This document shows positions 16,247-29,045 of a stretch of DNA of 64,000 nt, one piece after another; the first letter of the stretch is position 1, and each line of letters starts with the position of its first letter. Under the pieces are notes generated by a model that did no database searches, had not been told where the DNA came from, and saw only the letters and a list, made by a program, of their open reading frames with translations. This stretch comes from Octopus vulgaris (Eukaryota): the NCBI GenBank assembly GCA_951406725.2, contig OX597816.1:146382001-146446000 (forward strand). The letters are read 5' to 3'. The position numbers and the translations under genes are program-made.

Positions 16247-16287
<41 letters not shown>

Positions 16288-16390
16288 CGTCGAGCGATTT
16301 CATTTTCTGTCTACCAAATCCACTCTCAAGTCGAACTAAACCGGACACAAAGTGGTTGGAAAGCAAGCTTCTTCTCACACAGACGCAGCT
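16035..16390 (-). mobile_element. SINE family B copy, degenerate
   Basis: ttacttgtttcagtcatttgactgcggcca and tctaccaaatccactc match the reverse complement of family B. Confidence 0.8.
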
Positions 16391-16773
16391 GCTTCTATGT
16401 AGGTGAATATGATGTATATGAAATTTGATATTACAATAGAATGGTTGTATACTGTCAATCTAACAAGAACGTGACAGTAGGGGGTACACCACCGCTGTAT
16501 AGGAAGCATCGAACGCCTCCTGATGGCTTTGACACATTTTTCCCAGTGTACTTATTTCAAAAAGGTGTCAACTGGACGATAAGGCACAAAGGAAAACAAG
16601 CATACACATGTAGCCATACACACTTGAACAGGATTGCGTTTGAGCGAATTCAAACGAAGAAACGTACACTCTTAAATGCACACTTTTTTACTGCATATTT
16701 TGGTCGGTTTCAAAATATACACATGCATTTACCGTTGGTGCTGAAAATATATATACACATACATATATATATC

Positions 16774-16807
<34 letters not shown>

Positions 16808-16943
16808 CGCACATGGATGCATACAAACATAAAAACACAGACCAGACACATGGAGATAGATATATTTATATATATATATATGTGTGTGTGTGTGTTCGCA
16901 TGTGTCTATAAATATACACACCCACACACACATACATACAAAC

Positions 16944-16997
<54 letters not shown>

Positions 16998-16998
16998 G

Positions 16999-17030
<32 letters not shown>

Positions 17031-18238
17031 CGTGAGTTAGGCAGGTTAGGCCAGCGTATAGATTACGTTGAATTAAAAGCACAAATCAATAGCGGTAAAA
17101 ACGAGTATTGTGTTTAAGTATTGAATTATCGTTTCCATGCGTGTTCGAACAGGTCTTTTGTTCGTTGACACAAAGCAAAACATAAATGAAAAGGCAAATT
17201 CAATGAAACTAACAGCAAACATGTTAATAACAATTACTTGTAAATTATATAAATTGTAGTAGTAGTAGTAGTAGTAGTTGTAGTAGTTCTCTATCTTACT
17301 CCTGGCCGATGCACGTGTGGACTATGTTAGAACAAATTCCAAAATGTTTCGCTTTATAATAGTGCTTAGTATCAGACGTGATAAAATAAACCCAGAGGAA
17401 AGCAAATCTTTTCTATAAGAGTGAACCTACCTTAAACAGGTGATTCACAGTCTCCTGTTTACACTCAAAACCCAATGAATGTGCTGGGTTTCAACATCTC
17501 AGCATATTGGGCAGTTCTTTGTAGCATGAAATGAGTAGGCGTATTTTTCGTGTCACTAAAAACAACCTGTTTGTGATGGGGGAGGTTAAAAAATTCTCAT
17601 GGGTCGAGCAGTAGCTCTCTGCTAGATTAGCTCAAGTTAATTTATAATACAGTACAATACTAGCTTTCACTTTAAGTTTTCTAGTTCCGTCATTATCAAG
17701 ATATATTTGCTGTTCATCATTACCAAGTCAAATGGGTTAATAACGTTCACTACAAGATATCGATTTACACAGTTATGCCCAAATTATTTATCTTTTGTCG
17801 TAGTTAATAATAATAATTATTTATCAAGTAGCGCATGGTAGGATTGTTACAGCAACTTTCAGTCTGTTTCTATATCTCCTTATATTCCGTGTTCAAATCG
17901 ATATTGGATTAAATGAAATATACAATATTCAAGTCCTTCAGTAAACTCATCAAATGTACTTCCATAAAATTTAAAGAATTGTAAATGATAGAGGACAGCA
18001 TTGGCCGTATCCAGACACGTTTTGGACGAAAACATGTAGAGTACAGTGTTGTATTGCCACATTGCATTCAAGGGCCAGCGAATGAAAACTCAAACATGTA
18101 CGGATAGAATAAGAGGAATATGAACGAAGATATCCTTCCATATACATGTGAATTTTTAAGATATACCAGACGAGGATGTTTTTTTCATAAATTCAGGAAA
18201 ATCATCGGTGCTGTTACTGTCATTGTTTTTTCAGTGAC

Positions 18239-18512
<274 letters not shown>

Positions 18513-18530
18513 GTCGTCATCATCATCAAC

Positions 18531-18640
18531 TGAGGCAGTGAGGAGGCAAAATCGGTAGCGCACAGTATTAAATGCTTAGCAACATTTCGTCCATGTTTAC
18601 ATTCTGAGTTCAAATTCCACTGAGGTCGACGAACTTTCTC
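18531..18640 (+). mobile_element. SINE family A, 5' fragment
   Basis: ggcagtgaggaggcaaaatcggtagc..aaatgcttagc..ttctgagttcaaattcc..gaggtcgac. Confidence 0.7.
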
Positions 18641-18725
18641 TGGCCTTCTGCCTAACGTTAAAATCATTATCAGTGAGACATTTTCTTTCTCCATTTGTTC
18701 TAAACAGTGATATGCTGTAGAGAGC

Positions 18726-18760
<35 letters not shown>

Positions 18761-19220
18761 TATTATAAAAGGCAGATTTTATCTGCCTCCCTTTGTATCT
18801 TATAGAAATCTACAATATAGGATTTCTTCAATTACAATTTACCTAGCATTTTTAAGAGTAGAATGCATCGGGTCGTGCCAGGTCCAGTTTTTAAAATTTC
18901 AACCCCAATTAAGCAAAATTTAGAGAAAACTCACATTGTGGTGTATAAGTCAAATGCTTTACTTAGTGTGGCCTACACAACACGCACACGCACACACACA
19001 GTGTGCAACGAATAGAGTGAAAGTAATTCACTTTTTGTAGTGAGTGACTCTTTCACTCTGCCACTTCCTCTTTACACACATAGACACGTAAATATATAAA
19101 TAAAATTGTAAGCTAACGTGTGTGTGTGCGTGTGTGTGAGTGTGTGTGTGTGTGCGTGCGTGTGTGTGTGTGTGTGAGGGTGTGTGTGTGTGTGTGCGTG
19201 TGCGTGAGTGTGTGACAGGA

Positions 19221-19732
19221 AAGTTTTTTAGTTCGAATATAAGACCTATATGCAAGTAGCAGAAAGATCGCCCAAAAGTGTATATAGATATTTAAATGTA
19301 TTTATATATTCATCTATACACAGATGTATGTATAATGTGTGTGTATATATTTCCATAGAGGTAACCTTTCACTCCATACAAAGTTTTTTAGGACGAATAT
19401 AAGATCTAAAGTTATATCTAAGTAGCACAAATATCGCCCAAAAGTGTATATAGATATATAAATGTATTTATATATTCATCTATGCACACATGTATGTATA
19501 ACGTGTGTGTATATATTTCCATAGAGGTAACTATTCACTCCATACAAAGTTTTTTAGGACGAAAATAAGATCTAAAGTTATCTCTAAGAAACAGAAAGAT
19601 CGCCCAAAAGTGTATATAGATATTTAAATGTATTTATATATTCATCTATACACACATGTATGTATAATGTGCGTGTATATATTTCCATAGAGGTAACATT
19701 CACTCCATACAAAGTTTTTTTTAGGACGAAAA
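19221..19732. repeat. Tandem repeat, unit about 160-165 bp, about 3 copies
   Basis: aagttttttag..gatcgcccaaaagtgtatatagatat..ttccatagaggtaac recurs near 19221, 19381 and 19547, with a partial copy at 19711. Confidence 0.9.
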
Positions 19733-20496
19733 TATCTATATATATAAAACTCTAGTTGTGTGAGTGTCTGTCCCCTTCGATTTAGATTCCTAACTCCTCC
19801 CACATTTTGCGGTGCAGTTTAACCAAATTCGGGTATCTTATAGTCGGGATTCATATCGAACCCGTCTGGCTATTAGCACGCATCTACAATGAGTCTACGA
19901 TTTTAAAAATAATTTAACATCATTTTTTATTCCATTTTAATGCATAATATTTCGTGTGTCGATGGCGGCGGAGTTGGCGTCCACGCTCAAACACCTGCAC
20001 CTGTGTTTGCTTCTCCCCCTTCTTCCCTCCTTCGTGAAGCTGTGGGAAGGGAGTGTAAGGAAATCAACGTCGTAAAGCGTTGTCAAGGAGACCAGCGTTC
20101 TTTTAGAACAACGACTTCATGGCTTGAAGACACCAAAACAGAAATGGCTAAGAAAGCCCGAATTGGCATCTATAAGGGAAGTAACTCTCTAAAAATGCTT
20201 ATATAGTTATTTCCCTTACAAACCCGAGCAACGCCGGGCGATACTGCTAGCTTATATATAAAAGAAAGGTTGTGTGTCTGTCTACTCCGATTTAGATTCC
20301 TAACTACTCCCACATTTTGCGATGCAGTTTAACCAAAACCGGGTATCTTATAGTCGTGATTCATATCGAGCCCTTCTGGGTATTAGCGCGCGTCTACGAT
20401 GAGTCTATGATTTTACAAATAATTTACATCATTTTTTTCCATTTTAATGCATATTTTTTAAAATAAAGGGAAGTAACTCTCAAACTTCACACCAAT

Positions 20497-21018
20497 ATGC
20501 GTGCTCATATGCGACGTAATATCCCATCAGCAGCATTTCCTCACACCCTCCTTGCACTTGGCGAAGGCAAAATACCAGGGGATGAAAATGGTAATATTGC
20601 CATCGATTCCATTTGTACCATTGTTAAGACGCCTTCTGATCTCAGAGATGCAGTGTTCCCAGATCTACAAGCTAATTATCAGAATATGGATTGGATTGGC
20701 AAAAAGGCTATACTGGCCCCGAGGAATAAAACTGTTCACCATATTAATGATGAAATGCTAAAACTCATTCCTGGGGAAGTCTATGTATATCAGTCTATCG
20801 ATACAACTCCTGACCCAGAGGACGTCATCAACTATCCAATAGAGGTACTCAATTCCTTTGAGCACCCCGGACTACCACCACACTTTCTCAAACTTAAAGT
20901 TGGTGCCCCTATAATGCTCATCAGAAATTTGGTTCCCCCAAAACAATGCAATGGCACACGTTTGATCGTTAAGTCCTTATCTCCCACCGTAAGCTTATAT
21001 CAATATTTGCCTGAATAA
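20497..21018 (+). pseudogene. Helitron RepHel PIF1-type helicase fragment
   Basis: ILAPRN..V..IN and LPPH.L.LKVGAPIMLIRNL....CNGTRL.V motifs. It is truncated at both ends and lies just before a Helitron 3' terminus. Confidence 0.9.
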
Positions 21019-21093
21019 TCATCATAATTCAGTGCAATCATTAACAGTACTTTCAAGCAATTCAGCCCCGAGCAACGCCGGGCAATTCTGCTA

Positions 21094-21149
<56 letters not shown>

Positions 21150-21182
21150 AAATATATATACACACACATATATATATATAGA

Positions 21183-21420
21183 AATGGCTGTATGGTCAGA
21201 CGCTTGATTCCCAGCCACATGGTTTCAGGTCGTGTGTTATATATATGAGTGTGTGTGAGAGAGTGTGTGTGTGTGTGTGTGTGTCTATGTGCCTGTGTCT
21301 GTTCCCCCACCATCGCATGACTAGTGATGTCGGTGCATTATGTCTCCGAAACAGCGATTCGGCAAAAGAGACAGATACAGTGGGTACTAGGCCTACAATT
21401 AATAAGTTCTGGAGTAGATT
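21183..21420 (+). mobile_element. SINE family B, degenerate and deleted
   Basis: tggctgtatggt..ccacatggttt..gcgattcggcaaaagagac.. Confidence 0.65.
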
Positions 21421-21850
21421 TATACATATAAACCAAGGAAAAGAAGACAAAGCAAATTCTTTAACACATATTTAATAAGTTACAAGCGTTCCCGTACCAG
21501 CTCTATTTGCAACGCCATGTTTACACAAGAATTCTCTCCCCACACTTCCCTTTCTCCCTCCTATCATTAGACGTAAAGACCCACTTGACCCCATGATATG
21601 TTCCCCAGAGCATCCCGCATACACATGCTTAATTTCCTTCCGATATATTTTTATTTCCGCCCCATACTTTTATTACCTTCTGATACGTACCTAACAATAA
21701 AGTTTGATAGATGCACAATGTAGCACACCTATTACACCAACTGACCTTAGTGTATATATTTGTATATCACCGTGATCAGCGTGACCGACCAGGCTATCAG
21801 ATGTTGCTACACATCGGTGGTCACAATGCGCTTATATATATATATATATA

Positions 21851-22222
21851 TCTATATATAAACGGCAGTTTGTCTGTGCGTGTTTCTGTGTGTCTGTTTG
21901 CTTGTACCTTCACCCTGACCACGGCTTTCAACCGATTCTGATGAAACTTGACACACACATAGCCCAATGTCATAATTCAAAACTAACGCAGCGAAAATTT
22001 TGAAAAGTTCCCCCAGTTCTGAAAAAAATCGATAAATTCGACATGGGGTCCAGAATCAGAAACACAAACTGTCTAGGGGACGCAACTCCACCTTTTTTAA
22101 CTAAAAAAAAAATTTACCATCATTTTTTTCCATTTTTTTGCTATTTTTTGGCTATAACTCTCTAAAAATGCTTTATAGTTATTTCCCTTACAAACCTGAG
22201 CAACGCCGGGCGATACTGCTAG
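21851..22222 (+). mobile_element. Non-autonomous Helitron
   Basis: 5' TCTATATATAAA. The 3' end ttatagttatttcccttacaaacc.gagcaacgccgggcgatactgCTAG is shared with 20200-20250. Inserted in (TA)n. Confidence 0.8.
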
Positions 22223-22329
22223 TATATATATATATATATATATATATAGATATATACCTACATATGTACGTATGAGTTAGATGTTAAAATAACCGTTCAA
22301 GGGATAGAAGTATCCATTATGCTACTGGT

Positions 22330-22880
22330 GTTAGTTGGTTAGTTAGTTAGTTAATTCTTTGGCTCAAAAATAAAAAGCAAGGCCATGTAGGGGGACATGG
22401 AGTTATGTACAGGGTGGTGTTCAGGTAAAGAGAAAGCCCCTCTCCTTCGATTGAGATGAAATCGTCGCAGATAGAGCTTTTCGGAATGACCCCGCAGCCG
22501 ACGCTCTGGAGCAGGAGTGAAGAATAGCTCTTTCGAGAGCTTACACTTTCCGCTTATGATGTGAGCAAGAATGAGATCACCACGGCATCGTCGATTTTCT
22601 AGAGAATAAAGGTCGAGCGTTTTCAGCCTTTCTTCATAAGACACATTCTTGAGACCAAGAACCATGCGGGTAGCCAGCTTCTGGACTCTTTCGAGATGCT
22701 GTATGTCTTTGAGGAGATAAGGAGAAGAGGCTTGAATCCCGTACTCCAATATGAGTCTCACCAGCGTGACATAGAGCGGTAGGAATATGGCTGCTGTGAG
22801 CATTCCGAATGACCGTCGAATCAAGAACAGAACTCCGCGTGCTTTGTTGGCAGCATGGACGCACTGGACAACCATGGGCA
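22330..22880 (-). mobile_element. CR1/L2-group LINE 3' fragment with (CTAA)n-like tail
   Basis: ORF 22351-22944 contains LYVTLVR.ILEY..SPY..DIQHLERVQKLATRMV.GL..SYEERL..L.LYSLE.RR.RGDLI..RLRGH..KL, the typical CR1 ORF2 C-terminus. Confidence 0.9.
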
Positions 22881-23392
22881 TACCTATGCAAATAAATGCC
22901 CATAAATTTATAAGTAGAGACAAGGATATACATGAGTTTATCAAGAATCAAAATTTTGTAATAATTTACCATTCCATACACATTGATGGTTCATCTCACT
23001 TTAGTTTAGTTTATTTAATAGAGACCCCTATTGGATTTGCTTATTTCCCTATCTCCCCCCACACACACACCACACAACAAGATAATTAGTTAATACTTTC
23101 ATACTAAATTTACACTCTACACCCTCTTTTAATTATGTGTTTTCTTGATATTTGCTTTGCACTTAGCACTTATTTACGTGCTACTAATACTGCTATGTGT
23201 ACTAATACTTGCATGGTGGGGGGACCAACTTGTTGAAATTGGCAAATGTATGTACCCATGTATGGGTAAATATAACAATATAATATATATTATAATTGAT
23301 TGTGTATATAGGCGTGTGTTTACTTGAGTGGATGGATGCTGTATGCGAGTGTGCATACGTGTACATAGCTGTATATGTATATACATACATAC

Positions 23393-23474
<82 letters not shown>

Positions 23475-23710
23475 TTTTTATCCAAGGCGAGGCAATGCGA
23501 GAAAGGTTAAGTAAGTATAGTGAGTGGTAAACGAGATATAACTAAAATAATGTAATTAATAAAAAAAATAGCTAGGAAATTCAGAAATAGAAATAGCAAT
23601 AAGAGTTAGAGCTAAGCAATAACAATTGAATTAAGTTTATTAAGTATAGTGATTGGTAAACGAGATAAAACTAAAGTAATGTAATTATTTAAAAAATAGC
23701 TGTTAGTCGA

Positions 23711-23721
23711 GGACTCGAACC
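23711..23721 (-). promoter_or_regulatory. Pol III B-box / tRNA T-arm-like motif followed by a T6 run
   Basis: Minus strand GGTTCGAGTCC, then TTTTTT about 15 nt downstream; no clear A box. Confidence 0.4.
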
Positions 23722-23974
23722 TGAATATGTCGCTTTGCATATATGGGAGAATTTATAAAATTGAAATAAAATAAAATAAAATAAATTAAGTGCGGAAGTG
23801 AAATGGTCCAGATGGCGCTGTGTGCATACAATTTACTATGGCGGCTGGATCGAATTGTATGCGTTTAAAGTTCCATTCAGGATCGACGAAATAAATTTCT
23901 GGGGGTACGTAAATGCTGTGTTCTGAGAATGGCCGGTATTTGATTGTGTATTTGTTCATGTTTTATATGTGTTG

Positions 23975-24072
23975 TATAGGATATCCTGATGAGGGGAGTG
24001 CCAATTTTAAGTACTGATATGTCTAATATTAATTGGCACATCCCCGAAACGGCCCGTAGATGGACTTCTGTA
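23975..24072 (+). ncRNA. Type I hammerhead ribozyme, canonical core, long stem II
   Basis: TATAGGA-TATC CTGATGA GGGGA-GTGCCAATT..AATTGGCAC-A-TCCCC GAAAC G-GCC-C GTA GATG-gac-TTCTGTA. All conserved core nucleotides are present, G10.1-C11.1 pairs, and the triplet is GUA. Confidence 0.85.
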
Positions 24073-24496
24073 TATCTTATATTTTCGTAAGCTTGTATAT
24101 GTATTATATTCTATGTACTATTCGCCGGAATTTTATTCGTCTTTTGATATGCTATATTTTAAAAATTTTATTATCATTATATTTATCTCTCTTATTCTAA
24201 CAGTTTTAACCGTGTTATATGCAAAGTTAATAATTATATTTTTATTTGTATATGATACTTATATATTACTGAATTAAATTTTTTTTTTAAATGTCGGACT
24301 ATTTAGATATAAATTAGTATATAAGATTTGTATGTGTTTGGTCTATCTTTGAGTTTTGTGATTTTTCTGTGGTTGTTGCTCGCATTGCCTCCCCTTGTAT
24401 ACAGGGGAGTGTATACAGCTCATTGGAGCACTTCTATTTCCAGTCTGTTGTATATCCTGAGCGTTGTTGTCACTCAAGATATAACTTTATATTTTG

Positions 24497-24531
<35 letters not shown>

Positions 24532-24921
24532 TATGTACATACGCATGTATATGTACGTTGAATTTTTTTGTGTGTTAATGCACGACCAAATTGTAGTAAG
24601 AGCCTGCATTTGCATGAATAATTTGCAAGCGTTTTAATTCTTAATTTTTAATTAAAATTGTAATCATTAATTTAATTAGGAATATTTACTTTTACTTACT
24701 AAATTGAGCAATAGGCTGGCTGATTTATAGACTTTTTAACCAGTTAGCGGTGAAATTAGCTGTCTGTTGGGTTATCCAGCTCACTGATTATGTGCACTTT
24801 ATGGGAGACGGGCAGTCTCTGATTTAGACCATTTACCCTAGTTATTATCTCCTCTTAACCATAAATATTTCTCTAATTTTCCTACGGTATAAACTCTTTC
24901 CGTTGTTGCTAATTTTACTTT

Positions 24922-24966
<45 letters not shown>

Positions 24967-25372
24967 TTTGGACCATTTTCATCTCTGGACGCCTTACTTC
25001 CTGAATGTCCACACTGGTTTGGACAACAGGTGGAACCTTAAATATTAAGGTTTGGACAACAGGTGGAAGGGCTTAAACACCCACAGATAAATAAAGGAAT
25101 ACATTTAATTGATTAGCACTTTATTACAAATTATTATGATTAAACTAAAACCTTATTGTATTTTAACTCCTTCTTCGACTAAATCCTATTGGCGTATGCC
25201 ACTATTATGTTTTTTTTTTATTTTTTCATTATTTATGCATCCCCCACAATACAAAGGATTAATCCACCAAATACTATTTTAGGTTTAGTCATTCACTTAA
25301 CGTCCCAAAGAGATACAGAAGCAACATGATATGATTACAACCATATTCAACATCTCCCTTCTGTCTATTCTT

Positions 25373-25487
25373 CATTCTAATGAAGTTCCGTGTTTCAGAT
25401 CGGTTTCATTACCAAATATCATAGATATTTTTAGTATATTATTGGTAATACAATACAACATTGGAAGCAGAAACATCTGTTGCATGG
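25373..25487 (+). ncRNA. Decayed hammerhead-like motif with long stem II
   Basis: CTAATGA, then a long hairpin (TTCC-GTGTT..ATTACCAA..TTGGTAAT..AACAT-TGGAA), then GAAAC ATCT GTT. G5 is mutated, so it is probably inactive. Confidence 0.5.
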
Positions 25488-25597
25488 GATGAAATCTATT
25501 TGTATTGAATTAATAGATAATAATTGATATAAGTCAATTGCTGTTCATCAATATTTTTCCATTTTCTGCTTACTTTAAATTATATATTTATATATAT

Positions 25598-25639
<42 letters not shown>

Positions 25640-25669
25640 ATATATATGTGTGTGTGTGTGTATACAATG

Positions 25670-25708
<39 letters not shown>

Positions 25709-26385
25709 ACAATGTATATATATATACATACATATATATGTGCCTGTGCATAAGCAAGCACACGCACACACAAACACATGCTCACGCCATCAAAAGAATA
25801 CTCCTTCATTTGTGTTTACAGCGAAACAAATATGTGAATCTTTGAATGCTTTATTCTTCACTTCCTAATTTAATAAGATCATATTTTAAACAAAGAGTTG
25901 GCAACACCATAATGTAAAAATTTTACTGACTGTTACATGAAGTAGTTTCTCTTTCTATCTATCTGTATATCTATCTTTCTATTCAAATGTCAATTTAGAA
26001 ATATATTCTTCATTCATTTTTCTCTGCATTTATTGATCTTCTTTCATTACTTACTCCCTATTCGCTTTATCAAACAATAAATCACAATTTCTCGTTTGCT
26101 TTCCTTCGCACTTTCGTCAATAAATTTAATATATCGTGTGCTAATCTAATTTATTCGCAGTACAATTGCCACTGATTACAAACACCAAATTCACAATCGC
26201 TGAGAGAATACGTTGTGTTAATGATTTACCTGACATGAGTTGCACCTCAAGAGAGCCACTAATCATTTAGAGAAACCACACAAAATGTCCTTAATGGGAA
26301 AATATACACACATCATACGCATATATAGATGTATAATTTATAAAATAATATATGTGTTTGTGCGTGCGTGCGTGAGTGTAAACGA

Positions 26386-26434
<49 letters not shown>

Positions 26435-26469
26435 TAGACAGATAGATAGATATATATATTTCTATGCAC

Positions 26470-26510
<41 letters not shown>

Positions 26511-26521
26511 AACTCACATAC

Positions 26522-26991
<470 letters not shown>

Positions 26992-27394
26992 GTACTTGCG
27001 TTTCTTATTTTTGAAAGAAAAATACTCTACATTAATAGTGCTATCAAAACATTACAGGCGGACTACTTATACAAATAATTAATGACGTAATCGATTTCAC
27101 CGGAATTAGAATTCACTTGCTCTTACAAGTTTACTGTAACAATTCAAGTTTGGTTTTTATATAAAATATGAGATGGAAGAAAACGTGATACTTCGTTGAG
27201 AGAACTTCATATGTAGATTATGTGATATTGTAATCCAATTATATTGGTTATTGGATTCGCAGACAAGATATTATCGAAAACACGCCATGTCTAAAGATAA
27301 TAGTATTTTTTACTGCCTGTCGATTGGGATTAATTGAAATTAAACACATCATTGCCGGGTAGAGCCTCAGATAAGCAGCATGTTGGTAACATTT

Positions 27395-27605
27395 GATCTG
27401 GCAAAAATGTTAGCACGCTAGGCGAAATGCTTAGCGGTATTTCGCCTGCCTTTGTTTTGAGTTCAAATTCTTCCGAGGTCTACTTCGCTTGTCTTCCTTC
27501 CGGAATCGATAAATTAGGTACCAGTTGTGTACTGTGGTTGATCTTATCGCCTGGCCCCCTCCCCCCCAAAATTTCGTGCCATGTGCGTAGAGTAGAAAAG
27601 AATAT
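27395..27605 (+). mobile_element. SINE family A copy
   Basis: Colinear with 164-380. Confidence 0.85.
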
Positions 27606-27801
27606 TTGGAGGTATTCTTTTAGATTTTAAGATTTTAAGTTTTTCATATCATTCATATCGTATTTATCATTATATTTTAGTTCATCAATTCAAGGTTGAA
27701 CTGAAGTAAGTTTCGTTTTTATGTTTTATTGGTTTTAGTTAATGTATAAAATTCACTCACAAATGTAGCATTAATCCTGTTGCACTTTATCATGTTTATG
27801 A

Positions 27802-27896
27802 GGAAGGAAGACAAGCGAAGTAGACCTCGGAAGAATTTGAACTCAAAACAAAGGCAGGCGAAATACCGCTAAGCATTTCGCCTAGCGTGCTAACAT
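27802..27896 (-). repeat. Perfect 95-bp inverted duplicate of 27407-27501
   Basis: A base-by-base reverse-complement comparison gives 95/95 identity. Confidence 0.95.
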
Positions 27897-28995
27897 GTGT
27901 ATGTACAGTCACATGCATTTACACACACACACACACGCACACACATTTATATATGTATATATAAGATTGTATGCGTTTACATAATTGTATATTGCATTTC
28001 AGGACACAAATGTTTATGAACATCCACTCACATGTGTGTATGTTTATATATACATACACACATGAGCGTCAGTGTGTGTATATTGGTACGAAAGTATGTA
28101 TATAGCGTTGAGAGCATGATCGTAACCAACATGATTTCTATGGCTGCACCTTTCGATATATTCAAATGCAGGTCAAAGCTTTCTATTTGAATATGCTTTT
28201 TATAATATGCAAAATAATGATTCAACAGAGTGCTGGTGCGGCATTCTCCCTCCATCTACATGGAAACCTAAATCAGTTAGTGATAAAACTATAGACGCTA
28301 CTACGTCTAATGTGCATGGGTGTATAAAACATAGTATTTGCTTCTGTCCATCTATCTATTTATCTATCCGTATCTGCCTAACTGTCTGTCCCTCTGCCTG
28401 TATTTATAAACCACATCATGTATTCATGAGGCACAAAGTGAAAAGATAAATAGACAAATAAACTAGTAAAAATTTACTGGATATATATAGTAATATCGAT
28501 TTTTTTTTGTTTTAGGATGCAACATTATGCATTGTATTACGGCATTGCTACATACGTTTCTGCACAACACGTTTCTTTTTTTGTGACTATATCTTCACAT
28601 CCATAATGTATTATTAAATAATATTTATGATATCTATAGATATTAAAGAAATCTATATCATATGCATGATTCATCAGGTATTTTGTATTAATGATTTCTG
28701 GAAGTATCGTCGTTTAATCTAAGGATATGTACACCAATCAAAAAAGTCTGTTGGAAAAGTTTTCGTTATTACTATATTCATCCTAAGCTATAGAGAGAGT
28801 TCCGCATACGTAACCATCCCATACGATCACTCTATAAGAAATGAGTAATAAGCAGTAGCCAACAAGTCCTTTCAACGAATGTACACGGGAGTATTTGCCG
28901 TAAACAAATTAAAAGGAGACATACACAGTCACACAGACTCACACGTATATATGCATATATTTTTATATATGTGTATGTATATATCTAAACAAAAT

Positions 28996-29045
<50 letters not shown>

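Larger units (their letters stand above)
18758..21094 (+). mobile_element. Compound non-autonomous Helitron array
   Basis: Helitron-like 5' ends at 18758, 19735 and ~20251. The 3' hairpin CCCG-AGCAACG-CCGGG plus CTAG ends at 20250 and at 21094. Sequence 19770-19945 is repeated at 20288-20450. The array sits in (TA)n. Confidence 0.8.
23472..24497 (+). mobile_element. About 1 kb non-coding HHR-bearing element between (TA)n tracts (Penelope pLTR/retrozyme-like)
   Basis: Bounded by (TA)n. It contains an HHR, a 23-bp inverted repeat (23479-23501 / 24379-24401), a ~60-bp direct repeat (23512-23572 / 23641-23700) and an antisense B box. Confidence 0.6.

Noticed and set aside
21930-21950. CTGATGAAAC
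   Set aside because: It is part of the Helitron left-arm motif accgattctgatgaaacttg, with no HHR helices.
24700-24770. GAAATTAGCTGTC after a weak hairpin in a TA-flanked block
   Set aside because: It resembles the 3' half of an HHR, but no CUGANGA core can be found.
28645-28680. Minus-strand CTGATGA followed by an ATCAT/ATGAT hairpin
   Set aside because: No GAAA follows the stem.
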